Part shown: positions 18,952 to 26,752 of the stretch, one piece after another
How the letters are laid out: each line of letters opens with the position of its first letter
Numbering within the stretch: the first letter of the stretch is position 1
DNA from: Trichodesmium erythraeum IMS101
GTDB lineage: Bacteria; Cyanobacteriota; Cyanobacteriia; Cyanobacteriales; Microcoleaceae
Direction of reading: 5' to 3'
NCBI RefSeq assembly: GCF_000014265.1
Contig: NC_008312.1
Location: forward strand, 6,600,001 to 6,632,000
DNA: 32,000 nt
Program-made: the position numbers and the translations under genes
Notes under the pieces: model-generated
What the model saw: only the letters and a program-made list of their open reading frames with translations
The model's database searches: none
What the model was told of the DNA's origin: nothing

Positions 18952-19683
18952 TCATTAGTATATAGTTTTTACAAATTTTTCATGACAATTATACCTTAAT
19001 TTTTATTTTGGAGATGTCTATTCAATGCGCTATCCTGAACCCCATGATACAGAATGGTAAACCCGAAAGTTATCAAGTACACATCTAGAACTGCATCTCT
19101 CCAGGGAGTCATCTGCGATCGCAACATTCATGCAACAAAGCCATTTGGTTTTGCCACTTTTCAGGTTTTAGAAGAGCGACAAGTCTATTATATCAGAGTC
19201 GTTATGTTCGACTGACTAAGTGCTTACTCTCAGCACTAGAGTTAGAAAAGTTAACTATAGGTTTATGGTGAATACTATCAATATTATCTTTAATACATCA
19301 TAAATCATCCGAAATCCGTTTTTTTTGTTTGTTGAGTATATCAGTGATAGTTTTCGCTGGAAAAGAGAAAATGTTTCTTAGTGTGGAAACCAAAGAAGCA
19401 AAGCAAGCAATTTTATCGATGGGTAAAGTTCAACAAACAGTTATTTATGAAGTTCCAATTCCTGGTAAATCTGGTAAAGTAGGGATAGCAGCCATTTGAC
19501 CGATGGAGAACCTATCCTACTATTTTTTCCAACCATTAATTGAGGTAATATAAAAAGAGTGAAATCCCCAAAAATTATTTTTTGTGGGATAGACTTCACG
19601 GGGTGTTTGGAGGAAGGTAAAACTCGAACATAATTTTTTAAGTCACTTGCAAGAATTGTCACCTTCTCATGAGATCCCACAGA

Positions 19684-21075
19684 TTATTCGATTAGCCTAG
19701 CAACATCTTCTAACCAAACGTTGGGTAATTGACTTGGCCTTTTAGGTAACTCCATTAGACCCATTTCTGTTAATCGAACTACATTGTTGAGGGTTTCTAC
19801 TAAAGTAGGGTCAAAATAAGTGCCTTTGCGAGCGCTACACTTTTCTAGAGATTCTCCCAAACTAAGAGCAGGGCGTTTACCCCTTGGTATTGTCAGCTCT
19901 TGGAAGTAAGAAACTAAACCCAGAATACGAGATTCTATCGGTATTTCTTCTTCTTTGAGACCATCTGGCTTACCACTACCATCCCAGTATTCTAAGTAAT
20001 GAGCAATAATTTTAGTGATAGGTACTAACTCTGGCATTGCTCCTAATAACTGAGATCCAAACAGATTCTGTTTCTGCCAAAAATTTAAACTTTTAGGATC
20101 TAACTCATCAGGTGTTTTAGAAAATACTTCTTTTGGAGCTGAAACTAAGCCAACTCGAAACAATAATCCTGCCAACCGTAAACGTCGCAATTTTGGGGTT
20201 GGTAAATCTAACAAGTTCCCTAAAGTTTCACATAAAGCTGCTACTTGCAAAGATGCAAGGGGGTTTGTTTGATCTTGCTCGTCTACTTTCTGTGCCATTC
20301 GTATAAATGCTTGCAACTTGTTAGTATTAAGGTTGTGAGTCACGCGTAATGCTTGATCTTCTAGTTCCCAAAGTTCCCTTGTTTGTCTATTGATAGCAAT
20401 CATTTGTTCCTGAGTTTTTTGCAGGTAAGAAACTATTCTAGAAACTACACCGCTCATATCTGTGGGTGCTATACCTTTAGTCTCAATAATTTCCTGATGT
20501 TGTTTTTGAATTGTATCTGCGAGTTCTGGGTTGTAAGGGCGACATCTTTCTACAAGAATTTCGGCTGCTTTAGCTACTAAAGTTTCATCAAAAGTCCATA
20601 AACCATAGAATTTTCTTTCTATATCTACAGTTGGTTTACAGTTGGGTAAATATTCATCTTCAGAGAGTTCATGGCAAAGTACCATAGCTCGGTAACTTGG
20701 AGCTAGAATAATTAGATTCCATTCATTAACTATACTGTCTGTTGTTTCTAGATTAATTAAAGATACATTATCTAACTTACTTGTAGGATGTTTGGATAAA
20801 CCACTATCTGCTACTGCTGCTATCATAATGTGACGGCTACATTGAGCTAATTCTTGATAGCGGTCTGCTTCTTGCAGATACCATTTTCCTTGTTGAAATG
20901 TTGCTAAAACTAATGGTTTAGCTTCTGGATGTTGACTGCTGACTTGTAATATGTGGTCTTCTAAAGCATGACATAGAGCTACTAGTGTATTTTTAAAATA
21001 AACTCCATAACTGCCGGGCAATTTTCCTTCTGGACTTCTTTTTTTAAGTTGATTTAAAGTTGCTTTGGAATCCAT
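19684..21075 (-). CDS. DICT sensory domain protein with a degenerate HD-GYP-like C-terminal domain
   Basis: 463-aa ORF. The N-terminal third is DICT-like (..LVLATFQQGKWYLQEADRYQELA..IMIAAV). The C-terminus aligns to HD-GYP (YWDGSGKPDGLKEEEIPIESRILGLVSYF), but the HD, HHE and GYP signatures read FR, YLE and GKP. Confidence 0.8.
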   Translation of the reverse strand: MDSKATLNQLKKRSPEGKLPGSYGVYFKNTLVALCHALEDHILQVSSQHPEAKPLVLATFQQGKWYLQEADRYQELAQCSRHIMIAAVADSGLSKHPTSKLDNVSLINLETTDSIVNEWNLIILAPSYRAMVLCHELSEDEYLPNCKPTVDIERKFYGLWTFDETLVAKAAEILVERCRPYNPELADTIQKQHQEIIETKGIAPTDMSGVVSRIVSYLQKTQEQMIAINRQTRELWELEDQALRVTHNLNTNKLQAFIRMAQKVDEQDQTNPLASLQVAALCETLGNLLDLPTPKLRRLRLAGLLFRVGLVSAPKEVFSKTPDELDPKSLNFWQKQNLFGSQLLGAMPELVPITKIIAHYLEYWDGSGKPDGLKEEEIPIESRILGLVSYFQELTIPRGKRPALSLGESLEKCSARKGTYFDPTLVETLNNVVRLTEMGLMELPKRPSQLPNVWLEDVARLIE

Positions 21076-21693
21076 TTTTTAAAATTATAATTATTTAACT
21101 AAGACAGAATTAATTTAGGGTATTTGTTAAATTAGTAAGCTATAATATTTAAAGATAAATCATGTAAGACTTTCAGATTTAGCAACCTTCTAGACTTAGA
21201 CATATAACTCACTTACTTTAAAAACCTACGAAATATAATATTTAGATAAAATTCACTGCTTCTTCTAAAAGCTGGATGGTTTTTCTGCACTCAATCATCT
21301 CTATTCAAACCTTTGAAAAGCTAATTAGTGAGTGTTGATACCTTTTTTATTTTATCTCCATGGCAAATGCATCTTGTCAAGAAATTCTAGTTAATTCTCA
21401 ATCAACTCTGGTTTATTGTGCTTATTGACAATATACTTTCAATATATAGTGTTGATGTAATTGTTAAAACACTATATATAGGAATCAGCAAATAAGATAG
21501 GTTTGCCCTGACTTTATATCCTGGCTGCTAAATCTTTCTTCAAATGTTTGTCTTTTTTTTCTAGTTACCTTTAACAGTAGGATAATTCAATTTAGTGTAT
21601 TTACACAAATTTTGATGATTTTGTCAAGTATCATGAAGTTTTTGTAATAAAAAAAGTGCTAAAATATTTTCTAATCTAATTAAGTATACAACT

Positions 21694-23022
21694 ATGGCGG
21701 TCTATCAAGACAGGGAAGCATTTATTCCTTATTCTCGCAGAGATTTAATAGAACTTTGTATTAGAGATGGTAAATTACCAGATGCTTCTTTACAAAAATT
21801 TAGAGATTTTTGTTCTATTCTAGTGGCTTATTATCATTTTAAACTACATAAAAAACTAGAAATATTCAAAGAAAGCTATGCTCCTTTTAATCCTGATATT
21901 GATACTAAATCTATTGTTGATTGCTCATACTCACAACTTATAATAATGAAAAATAAGGTTGTTGAGAATTTTCAGGAAATTCTAGGGCAGAGTAATTATT
22001 ACCCTATTTCTAAAGCTAGTTTGGAACGTGCTTTTCAAAAAAAATCACTAATTGAACTTAAGACAGATATCAATTTTGATGATTTTGAAGAGATAATATG
22101 TTATTGTCGCGGAGACATATATAAAACTATAAAGGTTAAGAAATTTTTCCAAAAAATTGAAAAGAAAATTGATATTTTTGAAAGGGTTGCTTTATTAATT
22201 AAATTCCAAAGCCAAAAGAATGTAGATTCTTCTGAAAAATTGATGGAAGAGTCTAATTTAATACCTAGTAAAATCTATCTTTCTCTCTACAAAAATATTC
22301 CTAAAGATGATATTGAGTTTCTATTTCCTAACCTAAAAATTAGTATGACTTTAAAAGATCGTCTCATGTTAGCAGTGCCTGCTATTGGTGCAGCAGTACC
22401 TCTTGCTCTAAAAATTTTACCCCAATTTTTACTAATTATTAGTGTCATTATCTTTCTAACTTTTGGTCCGTCTCATATAGAAAGATTCAATTTGAGAGTT
22501 AGTCCGGAAGATATTAAGAACATGACAGGAATTTTAATAGCTACATTATCTTTATTAGTTACTTTAGGAGGATTTTGTTTCAAGCAATATACTCAATATA
22601 AAAATAAACAAATTAAGTTTCAAAAGCAGGTCACAGAAACGTTATTTTTTCAAATAATTGCTAATAATGCATCTGTCTTTCAATGTTTAGTTGATGATGC
22701 TGAAGAAGAAGAATGTAAGGAAATTATCTTGGTATATTATCATTTGCTAACTAGCAATACATCACTAACTCCAGAACAATTAGACAATAAAATTGAGGTA
22801 TGGATGGAAAAAAAATTTGATAGAAAAATTGATTTTGATATTGATGGTCCTTTAAATAATTTGACACAAATTAAAGGTAAAATTATCAGTGATAGTAAAA
22901 ACGAAGATCAGATTCCGGATGTTTCATTGTTGAGCTATGATGAAAATGGTTGTTGTCAAGTTCTATCTATGGATAATGGGAAGAAATTAATAGATTATAT
23001 CTGGGATAATCTTTATTATTGA
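21694..23022 (+). CDS. DUF3754 (TMEM143-like) membrane protein
   Basis: 442-aa ORF with N-terminal REAFIPYSRRDLIELC, central hydrophobic helices (LMLAVPAIGAAVPLALKILPQFLLIISVIIFL; ILIATLSLLVTLGGFCF) and ..NNASVFQCLVDDAEEEECKEIILVYYHLL. This fits my recollection of DUF3754. The family call is not searched. Confidence 0.7.
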   Translation: MAVYQDREAFIPYSRRDLIELCIRDGKLPDASLQKFRDFCSILVAYYHFKLHKKLEIFKESYAPFNPDIDTKSIVDCSYSQLIIMKNKVVENFQEILGQSNYYPISKASLERAFQKKSLIELKTDINFDDFEEIICYCRGDIYKTIKVKKFFQKIEKKIDIFERVALLIKFQSQKNVDSSEKLMEESNLIPSKIYLSLYKNIPKDDIEFLFPNLKISMTLKDRLMLAVPAIGAAVPLALKILPQFLLIISVIIFLTFGPSHIERFNLRVSPEDIKNMTGILIATLSLLVTLGGFCFKQYTQYKNKQIKFQKQVTETLFFQIIANNASVFQCLVDDAEEEECKEIILVYYHLLTSNTSLTPEQLDNKIEVWMEKKFDRKIDFDIDGPLNNLTQIKGKIISDSKNEDQIPDVSLLSYDENGCCQVLSMDNGKKLIDYIWDNLYY

Positions 23023-23421
23023 TGCTTTGTACTAAAATATTTATATTTTCTAGTTATTTCTACTGGTAGAATACAATGCAATTTTCAATAAGGTAATTAC
23101 CCCCCAATTACTAACTGTTAAGGGTTACTATGCCTAGGAATTTTCCATAGAATGTCTGTACAATATAAGAATAATTTACAGACTCGGGAGAGATAAATAC
23201 TTACACATAATTATAGGCTACATTGATTAATTACAATATGAAAAATATAGCAGATGAGCAATAGTCATCTTTGAGATAACTTAAGCTAAAAGTGCACAGA
23301 TTAGGATTTTTGGTGATTCGATTTTATCTGCTAAGAAATAAATTTCTTACCTAATAGTATAAGTTATCTAAAGATGACTAAAACTAGCTACTTTATTATG
23401 ACTAATTAATCATACTTGATA

Positions 23422-23607
23422 TTATTCACTATTCGCTTCAGTATTTTTATCTTTGTCGCTAAATTGAGGAATATAATCAGGACGTTGAGTATTTTCCCAA
23501 CCTGGAGGACGTTTAGAATTATACCAAGCAATTGAACCGATGGTTACAGCAGCCACAAAGCCTACGACAACAACTCCTATCGGAATCCATAGATTGCTTT
23601 CTACCAT
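23422..23607 (-). CDS. Small single-pass membrane protein (hypothetical)
   Basis: 61-aa ORF with one clear TM helix (LWIPIGVVVVGFVAAVTIGSIAWY) and a charged tail. No family recognised. Confidence 0.5.
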   Translation of the reverse strand: MVESNLWIPIGVVVVGFVAAVTIGSIAWYNSKRPPGWENTQRPDYIPQFSDKDKNTEANSE

Positions 23608-24655
23608 ATTTAGTCTTCCTATTCTATTTTTTATTTGAGCATTATTAATATTATCTCATGGTCTGGATAGGTTCAAATAAAAATATACTAATCATATTAT
23701 AGCTGTTGGGTATTCTTGTTATAATCTGTGATTGAACGGTGAGAATAAAATAGCTAACTGATTAACTATTTTTATTTTGGTTGGTTATTTTGATGTTAGT
23801 TAGCTTGTGAGGTCATAATTTTTAGCAAGTCAGGCTTTAATTATCTTTTTTTTAGAAGCTATTATTATAATTTATGCTTGAATGGGAAAGCAGTTTACTA
23901 TTATTTCTAGACTGGGTTAAAGTTAATATCTATACTAATCAATTGAAAAAATAATGTGGTTAGTGGAGTTGAGTTATATTTTTTCTATTTTCAGAAATGA
24001 ATCCATATTTGGAAAATCCTAAGTTTTGGCCATTAGTATATAAATATTTAATTATAGGAACAATCAAATATTTATTTAGATAATCGTAGGTTTTTTAGAA
24101 GGGTTTATACTAAGTTCTCAATTATCATTGATGAGTGGGTATTTTTTGAAGTTACAGCTTTTACTAAATAGGGTATTGGATAATTGGACAAGTCTCCTTT
24201 TCTAACTAGATTTTGTATAAACCTAAGGGTGTAATTAATTTTTTTTAATATATTTAATTTTCTCAAATATTTATTTAATTTAATGACCAATAGATGATTT
24301 TTCGATTTTGATTTTTTTTATGCTCAGAAAGGTGTTTATAAAGCATCGCTAAAAAAAAGGGGGAATTTAACAAGTTTTTTTCTTTTTTAGTGGAATAATT
24401 GATGATAGTAAATGTGCCTGATTTTTATGATAAATTTTATGACTTACTTTGATTTGAATTGGAGTGAATAGAAGTGGGAAAATTATATAATGGGTGAAAT
24501 TTATTGAACTTAAATAACTGGATATTTTTGAGTGAACAGTTAACGATCGCAAAGGGAAATAAAGTTTAATTCTACCCTGCACAGAGTGTGAAGATTGCTC
24601 TTATTGATTATTCACTCTATATAGTAGTATACAGTTGAAGTTCATTTTTCAGGTA

Positions 24656-24684
24656 TTGACAACTAATTGATATTAATTTAGTAT
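24656..24684 (+). promoter_or_regulatory. Near-consensus sigma70-type promoter candidate
   Basis: TTGACA (24656-24661), exactly 17 nt, TAGTAT (24679-24684). It lies ~290 nt upstream of the TPR gene start, inside a 1.37-kb gene-free AT-rich spacer. Confidence 0.3.
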
Positions 24685-24978
24685 ATTAAGTAATTTAAAG
24701 TAGTTTGAGGTAAGTGTTTAAGTTTTTTATATTTTGTTGTTGTTGTTTCAATGATCGCGATCGTAGTAATAAGATTTTTTCCATTATCACAGATGTGTTG
24801 TGGGTCTGCTCACGTTATTGATATACTACTAGAGTGGTGACTTCGACTGTCAATACTTATGGACAAGTAACTGCTGATGGTTTTAGTAAAAGCAAGGGAC
24901 GTTTTATTCAATTTTCTTAGAGATCATTATAATCTCTATTTTTAATGCTTTGTATCAGTCTTATTTATAGAACAGATT

Positions 24979-25515
24979 GTGAATTTAGAAAATCTAGAAT
25001 TATTTGAAGCTGAATTTAATGCTGGTAAACAGGCCTTTGAAAGCGGCCAATATAGTAAATCATTACAGCATTTAGAGACTGCTTTAAAAAATGTTAATCC
25101 TAATTCTCGGTTGGGAGGAGAGACACAAATATGGCTAGTGACAGTATATCAAGCTGTGGGTAAGTTTCAAGAAGCTACTACTCTTTGTAAAAAACTTATT
25201 CATCATTCTTATTTACAGACTCGCCAACAAGCAAAACGTATATTAGCTATTCTGGAAGCACCTGTACTGAGAACTCGACCTGAGTGGGTAACAAAAATCC
25301 CTGATTTGGGGGCTATTTCTGAAAGTGATGCTCAAGATCGTGGGGGTAGTGGTCTGGTTTCTCAAGTTAAGTCGCCTTCGCCTCAGCCAAAAACAGAAAT
25401 TTCTCAGTTAGAAGTTGTGGATCCGAGTAAGGTCAATACACAAGATAATCAGTTTGTTTTGGTGGCTTTAGTATTGATAATTCTGACTTTGACTGGGCTG
25501 GTTTGGTTGAGTTGA
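24979..25515 (+). CDS. TPR-like protein with C-terminal membrane anchor
   Basis: 178-aa ORF with a GTG start per the track. It has an N-terminal TPR-like helical repeat (FNAGKQAFESGQYSKSLQHLETAL...VYQAVGKFQEATTLCKKLI), a Ser/Pro-rich linker and a C-terminal TM helix (FVLVALVLIILTLTGLVWL). Confidence 0.7.
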   Translation: MNLENLELFEAEFNAGKQAFESGQYSKSLQHLETALKNVNPNSRLGGETQIWLVTVYQAVGKFQEATTLCKKLIHHSYLQTRQQAKRILAILEAPVLRTRPEWVTKIPDLGAISESDAQDRGGSGLVSQVKSPSPQPKTEISQLEVVDPSKVNTQDNQFVLVALVLIILTLTGLVWLS

Positions 25516-25845
25516 TTTTTTGAAGTTTTTTTGGAGAGGGCAAATTTTCTATGAATAATGCATCAATTTGTAGAGTTGGAAATAAGTCATATCAATTCTG
25601 CATTGAATGTAGAAAAATTTTTGAGAAACTGTATGGTTTCCTTGGATACTAACTATGTACTATTACAAGTATGCAATAATTGAGAACGGATAACTAATAT
25701 AGCTACTGTTAAATAAATTCTAGCACTAATTCGCTTCTTTTATTATGGTTTTTGTGTGGGAGAATTCAAAAGAAATTCTATAAAATTAACTAGACTCTTT
25801 TTTTTCTATTGTAAAGTAGATTTATAATAATAGAGTTTCTAAATT

Positions 25846-25968
25846 ATGGATGTCAAATTAATTTTAGTCGGATTAACTTTTTTGTTTACTATTGGTTGCC
25901 TGTTCTTTGGTACACAGAATGGATTTTATGATACTGATGATTATCATGGTAATGGCTCTGCTCACTAA
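25846..25968 (+). CDS. Candidate 40-aa single-TM micro-protein, below the ORF-track cutoff
   Basis: ATG at 25846 and TAA ending at 25968. Sequence: MDVKLILVGLTFLFTIGCLFFGTQNGFYDTDDYHGNGSAH. It has one TM helix plus an acidic/His tail, and a terminator-like hairpin follows 52 nt downstream. Confidence 0.4.
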   Translation: MDVKLILVGLTFLFTIGCLFFGTQNGFYDTDDYHGNGSAH

Positions 25969-26019
25969 GTAGGCTATGGTTCATTCTTTTCTTGATTTTT
26001 TAGCTTTATCGTTGAGAAG

Positions 26020-26057
26020 CCTCACTCCACATCAAAGATGATGGTGTGAGGTTTTTT
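26020..26057 (+). terminator. Rho-independent terminator candidate
   Basis: Stem cctcactcca / tggtgtgagg (10 bp, one mismatch) with a 12-nt loop, followed by TTTTTT (26052-26057). Confidence 0.5.
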
Positions 26058-26147
26058 GCTGGTTAATAAATGGGACATTTCGTCCCATTTATTGGCAATA
26101 TTATTCTGGTTTGGGGTGGGTATTAATGTACTATTTTCAATTTATCT

Positions 26148-26469
26148 ATTTTGAGGATTTTTTTTATTTCTTGCTTGAGTTGATTTTCATCAAGAGCGAT
26201 CGCTTTCCTGTCCTATTTTTTTTGTTGAATAAATAATCATGAGTATGGGCGAGCGAATCATTATATTCATAATATATCAAATTTTTTGAGAAGGTGCAAT
26301 GGCAACGCCTTTGAGGATTTTTTTTATTTCTTGCTTGAGTTGATTTTCATCAAGAGCGATCGCTTTCCTGTCCTATTTTTTTTGTTGAATAAATAATCAT
26401 GAGTATGGGCGAGCGAATCATTATATTCATAATATATCAAATTTTTTGAGAAGGTGCAATGGCAACGTC
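26148..26469 (+). repeat. Perfect tandem duplication, 2 x 161 bp (S1-type repeat family)
   Basis: The block tgaggattttttttatttcttgcttgagttgattttcatcaagagcgatcgctttcctgtcc...gaaggtgcaatggcaacg occurs at 26151 and again at 26312, with no mismatch that I can see. The core (gagcgatcgctttcct...ttgttgaataaataatcatgagtatgggcg) is shared with the array at 30740-32000. Confidence 0.9.
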
Positions 26470-26674
26470 TCTTTTTTCTTGGAGCTTCACAGAATGAAAG
26501 TAAGGGTAAAGTAAAGTAGAAAGTTAGACCTAAATCCAGATTGTATAAATTATTGATGGTTTTTGAGCAGGATTTTTTTCAATTGTCTAATCTACTTATC
26601 CTAATTTTGATTTTTGGCTCACCTTACTTTTGACTTTCTTTAGTTATTTTTAGTATTTTTTAAGGAAAAAATTA

Positions 26675-26703
26675 TTGTCAATAAGTAGTAAAAATAGTAT
26701 ATT
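26675..26703 (+). promoter_or_regulatory. Candidate promoter of the metalloprotease gene
   Basis: TTGTCA (26675-26680), 17 nt, TATATT (26698-26703). This is ~45 nt upstream of the SD-preceded ATG at 26753. The context is AT-rich, so a chance match is possible. Confidence 0.3.
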
Positions 26704-26752
26704 ATAAATAAAATAAATGTTAAATAATGATTTTTTTTATAGGGAGGCTATT

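Larger units (their letters stand above)
15679..19018 (-). mobile_element. IS5-superfamily element with a Harbinger/PIF-like (DDE_Tnp_4-type) transposase, itself interrupted twice
   Basis: Ends GACATCTCCAAAA (15679-) and TTTTGGAGATGTC (-19018) are inverted repeats flanked by TA. Its own sequence is about 1.1 kb once the two nested insertions (15846-16958 and 17871-18951) are removed. Confidence 0.65.
14726..19142 (+). mobile_element. IS5-family (IS903-group-like) element, copy 1, split by a nested insertion
   Basis: Left end GGCTTTGTTGCAC at 14726 and right end ..TGCAACAAAGCC at 19142. Its own sequence is 14726-15678 plus 19019-19142, about 1.08 kb, the same size as copy 2. The interruption falls in the transposase C-terminus (..AVELFI | QCAILNPMIQNGKP). 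Confidence 0.75.

Noticed and set aside
19370-19497. Possible fragment of an acyl-CoA synthetase / AMP-ligase C-terminus (..VQQTVIYEVPIPGKSGKVGIAAI-stop, resembling ..V.VYGV.VPG.EGRAGMAAI).
   Set aside because: Only ~25 residues of loose similarity. That is too short to call without a database search. The overlapping minus-strand ORF 19441-19680 is equally unsupported.
20383-20580. Plus-strand ORF inside the DICT/HD-GYP gene.
   Set aside because: Antisense artefact.
24105-24582. Minus-strand ORFs 24105-24290 and 24367-24582 in the AT-rich spacer.
   Set aside because: Low-complexity Lys/Ile/Leu-rich translations typical of AT-rich non-coding DNA, with no start context.
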